Of a DNA stretch of 64,000 nucleotides, positions 39,714 through 50,978 are shown piece by piece (the stretch's first letter is position 1; every line of letters begins with the position of its first letter). Location: assembly GCA_016906335.1 (NCBI GenBank), contig JADEYG010000015.1, forward strand, positions 992,001 through 1,056,000, read 5' to 3'. Source of the DNA: Novakomyces olei. Its lineage: Eukaryota. Position numbers and translations under genes: made by a program. The notes beneath the pieces are model-generated. The model saw only the letters and a list, made by a program, of their open reading frames with translations, had not been told where the DNA came from and did not search any database.

Positions 39714-40449
39714 TTAAACCTTTTGGTCTGGCTTTTGGGGGTTTCTTAATAAACATCGTTAGCCAGTGTATCATTATTTTTTATCACATTTTGTCTATCT
39801 GACTCCTTTTTTTAAAGCTTTGCCTTTTATGTATAATAGTTGAAAACCGTTTGAGGTATCGCGATTGCGAGTGGCCAATATTGCCAATTTGTATTTAGTT
39901 CTGCTGAACGTTTGGCATGCATTGTGTATTATATCAAAATCTGGATTTCCCGATACTTTTTTTCCCACTAAACGGTACATGGGGTGATAGGAGATAATCT
40001 TTCTGCCAATAGGAGATGCTCATACGGGCGACACGAGGCCACTAATCCAAGGACTATTTTTGCCTGAGGCGTATTGGTGGTCAATCAAGGAAAGCTTCAC
40101 AATATAAGATATATTTTCGTAATAAAAGCCATTCTTGACCTGTTCTTCTTTATTGAAGCGGGGCAGCGTGGCCGCGGCCAAGTTCTGCCTTAAACCCATC
40201 GACCTTCGCGTCTGCTATTATACGCGGATCTGTTTTCCATTTTATTTTGTGCGGCATTGTACCTCCATAACCCTTAAACAAATGTAAAAATATAAGGCAA
40301 GAATACTATTACTTTTCTAATTACTTGCGCTGTAATATCTCTATGTCTCCAGGTTTACTCAATCGCAACTATATATACGGATAAAACAAAGTGCAATTTA
40401 TTTGCTTTTATATATATTATCTGTCTCTGCTCTGCACAGTAAATCAAAA

Positions 40450-42207
40450 TCATAAAAGGCGTATAAATTCGTCCCCGAAATGAGCAGTGTCCATGTTCGC
40501 ATCTGCTCCAGTGGGCGGCACAGAATTCGGCCGAGTAGAATTGCCAATATCAGCCTCGGAAAACCCTGACTTGGCTATTGGGACAGGAGGTAATATCAAA
40601 GATGACGAAGAGGACGAGGCCGATAGAATTGTCTTTCCCATTTCATTACTCAGCCTGCGATCTGTTTCAAAGGGCAGAATGAGCGATGAACCTTGCACTT
40701 CAATATCTGATCCACTCGTAAAGGCTTCATCTCGCTGTTTATGGCAGCCTTCAAAGCTCGAACTTGCTTCCAGAGATTGCTGGTTACGGTCCACAAGAAT
40801 CCCGGTACGTATACGATTCTCTTCAAAGTCCAAACTGTAAGGAAAACTGAAAAAATCGTCGCTATTCACAATGCACGCCTGCCTTTGTAATTGCTCTGTC
40901 TGCTGTGATTTACTGCCCTGCGCCTCCATGGAAGCACCAACAAACTTTATAGTCATTGCCCCAGGCGCAAATTCAGCGGTGTCTTCTGCTCGACCCCCAC
41001 GAAACCAAACGAAACGCGTTTTCCAATATTGCCCGCACGCCTCTCTGTACCTGTGCCAACTTGGGCCGTAGCAAGCGAAAATTTCACGGGAAAAGGCACG
41101 GAAGGACCGTTTAAACGATGGATCAATGGTCAGTAAGATAAGGCTCAGTGTGACTCCGCCAATAACGTCGACCGCCAAATATGTGTACAAGAAGAATAAG
41201 CCCAAGGATTCGCCGTGCCGTAACATTAAGGATTCCAAAATGGCATTTGTGACATTTGTCAAGACCATAATTATGGGGTAAATCAGAATGCGACACGTAA
41301 TCTTGTGCAGTTGAAGGTATTCGTTCCTTTTCGAAGCCAAATTCCGTGGATTTATTTCGTCATGGTCAGGGCTGTTATCGTTGCTGTCGTTATACTTGAC
41401 ATCATTATTATTTGTATTGCTATCGTTGTTGATATTAATATTGATATCATTATTATCGTTATCAATATTATTATCGACATTAATATTATCACCTTCATTA
41501 CTATTGCTGTGATCAGCCGCCTCGGTGTCTGCCAGCTCTGCTTTTAATTTCCGAACTTCTCTGTACAGCCAAATACAAGTCCAAATACTAGCAATGAGTC
41601 CAATACACGTGGCCGCAATCAAGTTACCATACGCAGTAACAAAAACAACGGCGGACTGGTAAAACCAATTATCATTAGTATTAGAATACCAACAAAAATC
41701 CAGTTTCTGTTTTTGCACTGCCAATCCCATGAGAATTACGCCTCCATACGTCAAGGCAGCGACTCCCAAGGAGAGTACATAATACGAGAGCTCGAGAGTT
41801 CGACTCCGTTCGATTTTTACCTTGAACACGACAACTAGTAGCAAATTAATTGCTACAAACATGAGCAAGTAGTTGAGGATACTGGCCACTGCATTCTGCA
41901 TCATTGCCAACAGACTACAGGCCGCACGGTGTTTTTCACCAATCTCGAGAGAAAGTGCAACAAAAATGTCATTAATAACCGTAGCAATTTGTGATGCAGC
42001 CAATAATCGGAAAGAAACACGGTCTAGTAGGCGTCGTGAAGTCCGACGTGTACAGAGCAACGCCGTTAATAAAAGCGTGAAGCTTGTGAAACCAAGAGCC
42101 AGGTAAATTGGACACAGAAAGATTGTCCAGTGAGCACCATACTCGCTGGACAACGTAAGCGGCTCGTCCATTGCAGAGATTTTGCTACCTCTCAAAGTAC
42201 GAGACAT
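40450..42207 (-). CDS. Putative 7TM G-protein-coupled receptor (cAMP-receptor/Git3-like class) with Asn/Asp-rich third intracellular loop
   Basis: About seven hydrophobic segments, LDRVSFRLL after TM1, Cys at the start of TM3 plus FCWY in ECL2, RILIYP in TM6, TIDP at the end of TM7. Intronless. Confidence 0.7.
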   Translation of the reverse strand: MSRTLRGSKISAMDEPLTLSSEYGAHWTIFLCPIYLALGFTSFTLLLTALLCTRRTSRRLLDRVSFRLLAASQIATVINDIFVALSLEIGEKHRAACSLLAMMQNAVASILNYLLMFVAINLLLVVVFKVKIERSRTLELSYYVLSLGVAALTYGGVILMGLAVQKQKLDFCWYSNTNDNWFYQSAVVFVTAYGNLIAATCIGLIASIWTCIWLYREVRKLKAELADTEAADHSNSNEGDNINVDNNIDNDNNDINININNDSNTNNNDVKYNDSNDNSPDHDEINPRNLASKRNEYLQLHKITCRILIYPIIMVLTNVTNAILESLMLRHGESLGLFFLYTYLAVDVIGGVTLSLILLTIDPSFKRSFRAFSREIFACYGPSWHRYREACGQYWKTRFVWFRGGRAEDTAEFAPGAMTIKFVGASMEAQGSKSQQTEQLQRQACIVNSDDFFSFPYSLDFEENRIRTGILVDRNQQSLEASSSFEGCHKQRDEAFTSGSDIEVQGSSLILPFETDRRLSNEMGKTILSASSSSSSLILPPVPIAKSGFSEADIGNSTRPNSVPPTGADANMDTAHFGDEFIRLL

Positions 42208-42920
42208 CAAAAGAGATTAGGTCAAGATGAAAGCACGGCTTTGTAAGCATTGAATATTCGGAGAATGAGACCAAGCAGAAGTAAAGAGAGATAAAACGCA
42301 GAAACGACAAAGAGAAATGGGAGAATGAAATGAAGCTTTGCCAACAATGATTCGGATAAAGCGGGATGAGCTTTTAACCGCAAGTCCTGTTCGACCCTGA
42401 GCCCGGTAATGGCAAATTGCCGCCGCTTAAAGTATTAAAGATTTCCAAAGACCCTCTTTCTGTCAAATTTGTTTTACATTAATTCGCTTTTGTGGGCCTG
42501 ATAGATACCGTAAGTGTATAATTAGTGCCAAACGCGCTTTTAATTATGCGCTAAAGCACACAAAGGAAAAAGAAGGGCATAAATACAAGTATTACATGAT
42601 ACAAAAGTGTGGCAGACGATAAGGATCCCGATAATCAAGCATCACACATGTCCTTGGCTTTTAGCTTTAAAAAGCCAAATTTGCTCTCATTGGCTACTTG
42701 TCTCGTGCACGACCTGCAAACGTGTTCACTGGTCGAATGCCCATGGGAAAATTAATCAGCAATCATCGACAGAATATATGAGAAAATTTTCAGTAGGTTA
42801 GTGGTCGGAATCGCATCCTCAAATCCGGTACCCAAGTAAGTCAAAGGGTTGAACATGTGCTCCGGGCACAGATACCGGTCCGTCCAGCTACTATTATATC
42901 TTTAAACTTCAGTTATTCTT

Positions 42921-44065
42921 CTACCGCAAGATAGATGCGGCATCGTCTCTTCCTATGACTTTGGCCACAACCTGCTCAAAAGCAAACTCTTTCTTTTTGG
43001 CGGCTGTCCGGTACCGATTGCCCACCATATCGAGTTCATCAGTGATCTCTTTTTGCTCCCGGATGGCTTCACGATAATTACGCTTTAACGAAGCATACCG
43101 CTCTTGGAGTTCCGGAAGACTCATATTTTGTTCTTTTTTCTCTGCTACCGAGTTTTCCTCCTTGTACATTCGCAATAAATCCTTGTCTAAATCACTACCT
43201 AAGAAACGGCCTAAGAATTAGCTTTGTACTAGAGAAAAACAAATTATACAAAGCGAAAAAACATTAAAATCAAGCAAATACTTTATAAAGAAGCAGAAAA
43301 CAATTGAAAACAATTGAAACCAATTCAAAGAGTACCATCATCACGAATATGTTCACCATAGTAGCCTGGAGGAAATTTGACGCTCGTATCGGCGTTCTGG
43401 CCAGGACTGTCTGGCACAATCTCCCATGAACCTTGCAAGGGCATTTTACCCTCACCGTGAACATCCCGCTTGTGTTTGTTGAACCCATCGAAGCGGGTAA
43501 ACGTCCGCTGACAGCCTGGGACTGAACAATGAAACCGTTTCTCACCCGTATGTGACTGCATGTGCGTAACGAGTTTACGTCTGTTTGCCAAGGCCTCGCC
43601 TTTACGCTTGCACCCTATCCATTCGCAAGCATATTCCTCCTTGTTATTACCAATATGTTCTTGAGCCACGTGATGAACTAGCTGATCCGTAGTTTCAAAG
43701 TCTCCAGCGCCACATTCGTCCCAGTGGCACGACGTCTCATAGTTTGGCCGTCCTGAGCTATTGATTCCACCGGATTTACCGTGAGCAGACTCGTCATCTT
43801 CGTCAATTGGGGAGGTGGAAGCAGCATTATTAGTAGTAGCTCCTTCCCGTAAGTCGTCCTCTTCATCTTCCTCGAAGCCAGATATGGATCCTTCACTATC
43901 TGATGAAATAGACGAGGACGCCACAGAGCTAGAAGCAAATTCACCAGGCTGATCCTGTTGCAAAGCTGCAGCAGCGGCTAAAGCCAACATTCCGTCACCA
44001 TTGGCACCGTTGTGGGTAATCTGATTTGGATACATGTGCTCTTGGAGCGGCGGAGCGTACTCCAT
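42921..44065 (-). CDS. Gli/PacC-type three-finger C2H2 protein with C-terminal coiled coil, Iec1-like (INO80-associated), one intron at about 43200-43335
   Basis: CHWDEC..LVHHVAQEHIG..YACEWIGCKRKG..HMQSHTGEKRFHCSVPGCQRTFTR..HKRDVH. The second exon is a coiled coil (YASLKRNY..KEFAFEQVV). The architecture is that of Iec1. Confidence 0.7.
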
Positions 44066-44085
44066 CTTTTGGATGCTGATGTTCT

Positions 44086-44157
44086 GTAATTATTGTAATT
44101 ATTGTAATTATTGTAATTATTGTAATTATTGTAATTATTGTAATTATTGTAATTATT
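44086..44157. repeat. 9-bp tandem repeat GTAATTATT x8, immediately upstream of the Iec1-like ATG
   Basis: Directly visible; it produces the spurious NYC-repeat ORF. Confidence 0.92.
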
Positions 44158-44722
44158 GTATTTATTTTGATTTTGATTTTTTAATTATTTCTTGTGCCAT
44201 TACGAGATCAGGAGCAATTTCATTTTATCTCGCTCTAGTGATATTGCAAAGGCTAGTAATTACGTTTTTCCATCCATTTAGACATCTGGGCTATACAACT
44301 CCTTGGCAAGCTTTAGTCTTAGTCTCAGAATCGATATTTATAATATTAATGCCAGACACAGAGATAATATGTTATTGCAATCTGACCGCAGGGACGAGTC
44401 GCATCACGTATTTGTATTCTTTCCACTGTCTCGATTGATCAGCTATTCCACAAATACTTGGGCCGCTTGAAGCTTTGCGTTATAATCTCTCAAGCTTTGT
44501 TATCCAATAATGAATGCGAATAGAATTGAATTTATGATAGCGTGAAAGCATCTAAGTTTGTGACATTCTGCTATTAACATTTCAAAAAATGGTTCATTGT
44601 ATAGACGGCTATGCATCTTCAACAAGTCCAGCAAAACTATTTTAATATTATTTTCGGTAAACGGCTATGGTACAGTTCTCCACCAATGTAAATGTCGAAG
44701 GACCACAGTCCTCTCCCCTCTC

Positions 44723-45349
44723 CTACTTGTTCTTGATGTTATCGCGATGGGTATTGCGGAAGGGAAATCCAGAAACACGCTTGTCCGAATCTGTTACAAG
44801 CGAGCCTCGGTTAATACGACCACCGCTGGAAGCGAATAGGGCGAGCCACAGCCCGAGGCCACCAAGCGCTGTGTGTACAGCAAAAGGGATATAAAAAGTG
44901 CTACTGAGGTTACGGTGTGAATACGTCAGCACTGCAGAGCCCGCGTGCAAAAATAATGAGAGCACGAGTGTTGGAAATGCATAAGGTGCAGTCGGGTCGC
45001 TCTCCTTTTCGCTGGCTCGCAGAGACGATGTCAGGGGAACGGATCCCGTGAGAAGCACAACGAGAGCAGAGAATGCCAAGAGTGTTAGACCAAGGCCACG
45101 AGCCAGATAAGCTTCAAGTTCTGATATACATTAGATGCTAGACACAAAGACGCTACAAGTACTTACCCGTGGGCTCATGCACACGAGGGCTAAGGAGGGT
45201 CGCAATTAACGTCGGACTTGATACCAGAACCAGAGCCTGGGTGGCGCCAAAAGCCGCCGTTCCCGTACAGTACACGCTTCTAAACACATCTATGACAATA
45301 TTAGCGCAATTGCGTCTTGGAGATTTTGCCAATTTGCCGCCTTACCCAT
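44723..45349 (-). CDS. Conserved fungal multi-pass membrane protein of unknown function (3 exons)
   Basis: Spliced MDVFRSVYCTGTAAFGATQAL..SPTLI..|ELEAYLARGLG..LTGSVPL..PYAFPTL..DKRVSGFPFRN, with canonical GT-AG introns. Confidence 0.7.
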
Positions 45350-45609
45350 TGCCTCTAGTGTAGTGGAGCCAGATGCATCGAAGGATTATATACACAGTGA
45401 TGACATCATCGTACTGCAGCCTGCAGAGTACTTTTACTTGTCCGGGTGCCTTTATTTTTGACATGAAAAAAAGAAATGAATTAATACAGTCAAAATACAC
45501 AATAATTGATAAATTGTAAATAATAATTCGTATTTAATTGCAAATAATAATTCGTATTTAATTGTAAATAAAGAGAGCATATACAACACGTAAACACAGA
45601 GCGGCCCAA

Positions 45610-46982
45610 ATGCCGTTCTACGCGGACCGCCACGATGCGCCTGGAGCGCAGCCGCGCTTACCCTCTGACGCAACAATTGGACGGGTGTGGAGCTCTACGG
45701 AGGAAACAGCAATCCATTCCAATTTGCAACGCCAACTGGGCCCCGAATACACGAGTGTGCGAAGCGGACCAGGAGGAGGCCAGGTCCGTTACATGGAGGG
45801 ATACCGGGTTTTCCAGATCGCGAACGAGATATTTGGGTTTAATGGATGGAACACGCGTGTCATGGACTGCACTACTGACTATGTAAGACTTGGCATGTGC
45901 GAGCGTGGACTCGCATATAGGCATTTTTTTAAGCATACATGATTGAGGGCTGTTGGACTGCTAATGCTAATAATGCCAGATGGATACCGACAAGAGTGGC
46001 CGGGTGTCGTGTTGTATAAGCGCAATTGTGCGCGTATCCCTTAGAGACGGATCATTTCATGAAGATATAGGGCACGGTACTACGGAGAGTGCTCGTTCAG
46101 TGCCACAGGCTATTCAAAAGGTCTGCTAATTTGATTATATTTCTATTTTCGTGGCTGTTAACGTTGTTAGTGCAAAAAGGAGGCTGTTACGGATGGCATC
46201 AAGCGTGCGATTAGGCACTTTGGCAATGCCATGGGCCTCTGTATATACGATAAAGATTACTGTCGCAGTATTGGCCGAGTGCAATACGCCAAGGTATGCA
46301 GGTTTGACTGCTCATTAATAACCCTAATCTTTAGCCTGCCTTTAACGAAGCGACCTTAATCCGACGTGATACCCTGCTACGCACACCGGGACCTTATTCC
46401 CGCGCTGGCACATGCGCTACTGAACCGCCTGGAGCACCGTCTGTTCTGCACCGGCAGTTGAGTACAGACTTGCATGAAGCATCTGCTATGTCTGCAGCAG
46501 ATGCTCTGCCCGAGTCAGACTTTGGTGACGATTTCTTTGATGAAGATATCGAGGCCGATATGATGGAAGACCACTCTGCTTGCAATAATGCGGCGCCAGT
46601 TTCAACTACTAACCCTGCTATACAGGTCAATGCGGCCAAAGGAGCTGCCGTGGACGATTCCGCCGAAAAGCCTGTGATTGTGTTTGCCCGTGCGCAAGCA
46701 GAGACAGAGACGGCTCAAAACGAAGTCTTTGTGCCCTCACCATCAATTGTAAAGACTCCCGGTCTCGACTATCGGCGGTCTACTCCAATCAAGCGGAGGC
46801 CAGCGGCAGCAACGGCAGCAGCAGCATCTTATTCGCCAGCATCGGCGCTTCCACAGGTGCTTGGCGTATCACGCGGCTCTACGCCCTTACGCTCTATTAT
46901 AAATAACCGTCCCAAACGTGGGACTGATGAACTCTTTGCGGACAAGGGCACACCTAAACCCGATAAGCGTGTTTGCTCATAA
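45610..46982 (+). CDS. RAD52: Rad52/Rad22 recombination protein (multi-exon)
   Basis: [71 protein letters not shown], acidic FGDDFF motif. Confidence 0.96.
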
Positions 46983-47376
46983 GGGCCAATACCAATTATT
47001 TTCGATTTATGGTTACATGCTAGGTCAAAGGTTTATGTAAATGGGTTACAGCTGGACACAAGATGTAGCTTCCAAAACAATAAAATACAAAGCGATAGAC
47101 ATCGTAATACACGAGAATTGCCGTGGTGAGGCTACAGTCCTCTACCAGAAAGAGGTCTGATAATGTCCGAGATAAGCTTGTCGAGTACCAGTACTAATCA
47201 ACCAACACTCGCATACCGATAGCGCTACATAAAGCGAATGCCAAAATCGAATAAAACCATAATCTGCAACACGAAAACAATATCGATTAATCGAATCATT
47301 CTGTCGTTGCAACTCATCCATCAGAACCGTTTTTTTAAAAGTACTGCTTTCTTCAAAGGTACTGCTTTCTTTATAA

Positions 47377-47701
47377 TTACTGCTGCAACTGACGGCTCTC
47401 CTCTTCATATTTCGCCCGGCTTGCAGCATCCGGGCGATCAGCCAAATCCTCAAATTTATCCTGTGAAACCGCCCGCATAGAGTACGCATAAGTTGCTGCT
47501 ACGAAAATCGTTACTCCGATCCCCAATACAGCGTTGCGCAGACGGTAAGGCTGCCGGGCACGTTGCAGCGATTCCGACATACCGTACCCGGATCGGCCAT
47601 TATAACTATCGTAGATAGTTTGCGGTGAGCTAAGTACAGTCAGCATACATTTTGATGAAGTTTACATACACAAACGGATTGCCTTCTGGCTTCTCTGACA
47701 T
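47377..47701 (-). CDS. COA3: Cytochrome c oxidase assembly factor 3 (Coa3/CCDC56), one intron
   Basis: MSESLQRARQPYRLRNAVLGIG..YAYSMRAVSQDKFEDL. The first exon MSEKPEGNPF is inferred. Confidence 0.85.
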
Positions 47702-47750
47702 GATTGATGCTTTTGGATTGGTGTAGTTGTTTAATCTCACCGCTATTCAT

Positions 47751-47845
47751 ACAAAATATATACAAAATATATACAAAATATATACAAAATATATACAAAA
47801 TATATACAAAATATATACAAAATATATACAAAATATACAAAATAT
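47751..47845. repeat. 11-bp tandem repeat ACAAAATATAT (7 perfect copies plus decayed copies) in the COA3/TRS85 divergent promoter
   Basis: Directly visible. Confidence 0.92.
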
Positions 47846-48076
47846 AATATATAAAATAATACAAATCACAGCGCAGTAGTGAAGTCTAGTCGAAAGAGCA
47901 CCAGTGCGATTGAGCATACACCTTCACGACACAACAGTGCTGGCACAATTCCAGATCAAAATGCTACCAAAACATTGCCTCTGCCGTTGAAAAAAAGGCG
48001 TGCAGCCTTAAACACTTTTGGCTCAATATTCGGCCCACAATCAGAGAACAACTACTCTTCCAATTCCTAATCGATA

Positions 48077-50551
48077 ATGACGGACTCTGCCCCAAACTTA
48101 CCAGCCGCTGCCTCGGCGGCAGCTGCGGCAGCCCCGCCTCCAGTGCAAGCAATATCAGAGCCAGTTTCACGGTCATCGGTCTCGTCCTTTTTTGGACTGA
48201 GCAGTGGCAATAGCCCGACGGGGATCGATATGGCCGGTATTCAGGATCGCACTGCGGGTGCTCAGACACGAAGCCGTATAGCTCAGTTTTTTGTACCGCA
48301 CGCCACTGTTATTGCCTCAAAGGACGCTGAAAAATTAGCCAAAGCTAAAGGCTTCGACAGCTTTTGTAGCATGCTTCGGCCGTTTGGCGACTCGGTATTG
48401 GATCGCTACAAGTACCGTGACACGAGTGGGTACATGCAGACACTTAACGAATTCGGTGTACGGTTCATGACCCTCGGCCAGGTGGGTGGAAGGCCGCCGA
48501 GTGATAGTGGCAGCGATAGCGGTACTTCTGCCATTGAAGACTTGATGGATGTTAGTTGTACGTTTGCTTCTACTCCAGAAGGAGATTTACGGTTGATTGA
48601 ACATGCGTTGGAGATGCTGCTTTCAGCTTATGAGCAGACTAGCAATGCTGCCTCCGCCTCTGCCTCTGCCAGCAGCTCAGATGATGGGCCTGGCTCTAGT
48701 GCTAAAGAGTCTATCAATGAAACTGATTCCGGTAGCAGCCGACCGCCTCCAACAAGCGCCTTTGCCTTTGATTATTTTTACCGCAAGCTCATGTCGAGCA
48801 TGCCCTTTGCTGCTCATGAAACCTTTGCCCATCCGCTGGCCTCCATGATTGTTGTCTCTTCCCACAATGCGACACCATTGGACACGTTTCAAGCGCTTTA
48901 CAAGGTGGGCAACCAAGCCCGACTCGCTGGCTGTGTGGACCCGGGGTACTTGAGATACTATGTATATATCCACGACGAGGATTGCCATGATTTGCAGACA
49001 TCCTTGGCCGTGTTTGAGACACTGCGTCGCAGCTTTGGCGTCAATTGTGCTTTTGTCAGATTCCGTTCGTCTAAAGTACGTTGTCCCGCACAGAAGCCGG
49101 CGAAACAGGCAAGCAGTGCTGCAGACACGTCTGCGCATGCCAGGGATACAGAGCAGCAATCGTTGGATCAGCAGAAAGTATCCCACCCGCTAGAAGAGGA
49201 GACAGAGAATCTGGAACCTGGAAGCCCGCTGGAAGCACAGCACACTAATCAGTCCTTGCACCGCTCCTCAATAGACGCACAAAGCCAAGGGCAACAGCCA
49301 GTCAGGGACGAATATGTCCCTGTTGTCAGCATGTACACTTCAGCCGCTGAAGATATAAAGCATATGAGTATTAGCAATGTTCCTCTCGAGGGCGCAACAA
49401 CGCGGGTCCTTTACCGCAACGATTTTGATGAACTCACTCTGCTGGTGCGCAATTTTTTGATAGACAGCCTTTACCCTTTCATGGAGCGATGCATGAATAG
49501 TTTGAATGAGCAAGTGGCAGCTCCCCGTCGAGGACTTACGAGCCGATTCTTTAGTGCCTCTCGTCGATTCATGTCTGGAGGTTCTTCCCGTCCACAGAGC
49601 AGTATGAATGGAGGAGTGGGCAATATCTCCTCTTCCATCGGATCTGTAGAAAACTATGATCCTTCAACCAGCTCTTACCATGCGGATACGCCGGAAGCAC
49701 AGCTGCGTAAGCTCGGCGACATTGCCTTTATGCTGAGAGATTTCAAACTCGCTCAGCGGACGTATGAGCTGTTGCGTAAAGATTCAAGCAACGACAAGGC
49801 GTGGATGTACTATGCTGGTGCGCATGAGATGGCTACACTCTCGCTTATAATGCAGCCACAGTACTTGACTACTAAAATCCGACTGGGCGTGGTTGAGCCC
49901 TTTCTCGACACTGCAATTTATACGTATTCTTCCCGCTGTTCTGCCGCCTACGCTACCGTGCGCTGTATTACGACTATAACGCAGGTACTTCAGACCCACA
50001 ATAACGCCTGCAAAGATACAGCGGCTGACTGGCTGATTAAAGTACTAGATGTCGTTCCTGTTGGCCGGGCTTGCTATGCTTCCATGTTGGAAGATGTGGC
50101 AGAGAACTTTTACCATCGCGCTTCAACGCCAGTCTCGCCATTGGGTACGCGGAGGAGGAAAGCGGCACTCTGGCGAGTTCTGGCTGCTCAGCACTGGCTG
50201 AGGTGTGGGAAACGTGCCATGGCTCGCAACTGCCTTCGGGTAGCAGAGGAAGTGTACGCTGTTAGTGAGGACTGGGAGTATATTCACGACCGACTTGCCC
50301 GTATTGAAAAGTCTGTAAGTTTCTCTGCCGATGAAAGAGTGGCAGCACGGTCACGCAGCTCATCGCTCATGCAAGAAGCTCGGCACGGTAACCGGTCACG
50401 GTCAAATTCGGCGATTGCCAAGCCCAATGTACCAGACGAAAGTAAAATGGTCGATATACTGGGGACTACAAGTGAAGCAGGAGAGATAACGCTGAGGGGG
50501 GGTAATGATACCTCCACGGGCCAACGTGATCCTTTGGGGGTTACGGTTTAG
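48077..50551 (+). CDS. TRS85: TRAPP III subunit Trs85/TRAPPC8
   Basis: MLRPFG, AHETFAHPLASMIVVSS, YLRYYVYIHDED, PEAQLRKLGDIAFMLRDF, DKAWMYYAGAHEM, RRRKAALW. Confidence 0.92.
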   Translation: MTDSAPNLPAAASAAAAAAPPPVQAISEPVSRSSVSSFFGLSSGNSPTGIDMAGIQDRTAGAQTRSRIAQFFVPHATVIASKDAEKLAKAKGFDSFCSMLRPFGDSVLDRYKYRDTSGYMQTLNEFGVRFMTLGQVGGRPPSDSGSDSGTSAIEDLMDVSCTFASTPEGDLRLIEHALEMLLSAYEQTSNAASASASASSSDDGPGSSAKESINETDSGSSRPPPTSAFAFDYFYRKLMSSMPFAAHETFAHPLASMIVVSSHNATPLDTFQALYKVGNQARLAGCVDPGYLRYYVYIHDEDCHDLQTSLAVFETLRRSFGVNCAFVRFRSSKVRCPAQKPAKQASSAADTSAHARDTEQQSLDQQKVSHPLEEETENLEPGSPLEAQHTNQSLHRSSIDAQSQGQQPVRDEYVPVVSMYTSAAEDIKHMSISNVPLEGATTRVLYRNDFDELTLLVRNFLIDSLYPFMERCMNSLNEQVAAPRRGLTSRFFSASRRFMSGGSSRPQSSMNGGVGNISSSIGSVENYDPSTSSYHADTPEAQLRKLGDIAFMLRDFKLAQRTYELLRKDSSNDKAWMYYAGAHEMATLSLIMQPQYLTTKIRLGVVEPFLDTAIYTYSSRCSAAYATVRCITTITQVLQTHNNACKDTAADWLIKVLDVVPVGRACYASMLEDVAENFYHRASTPVSPLGTRRRKAALWRVLAAQHWLRCGKRAMARNCLRVAEEVYAVSEDWEYIHDRLARIEKSVSFSADERVAARSRSSSLMQEARHGNRSRSNSAIAKPNVPDESKMVDILGTTSEAGEITLRGGNDTSTGQRDPLGVTV

Positions 50552-50689
50552 AGGCAATACACGCCGCATTACTGCATGACGGTTGGGATCAAGAGCGTGC
50601 CGAGAGCAGTTGCATTTAGTATATATATATATCTGGAATAATGAGTTTATGAGTATTCTAGTATTTTTGCAACTGTAGATTATAAAAAT

Positions 50690-50797
<108 letters not shown>

Positions 50798-50978
50798 TTT
50801 ATATATTTTTAATATGATTATATTAGACGCATTCTACATTAACTTTGGCCAATTGCCTATCGGCATATTACAGCATTATTCCTCGAGACACGTCAGTGTC
50901 GTAATAGGAGCAATTGCATTTCCCTCCTTTTAGCGCTGGCATAAATCTCTTGTTGAGGCTGTCGCCTTTTAATTAGTC

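Noticed and set aside
42340..42415. tRNA-like GTTCGACCC B-box
   Set aside because: The flanks do not form a T-stem or cloverleaf.
44034..44438. ORF with NYC repeats
   Set aside because: Translation of the 9-bp GTAATTATT array, antisense to the Iec1-like 5' region.
47640..47864. Hydrophobic YIL/YIF repeat ORF
   Set aside because: Translation of the 11-bp ACAAAATATAT repeat.
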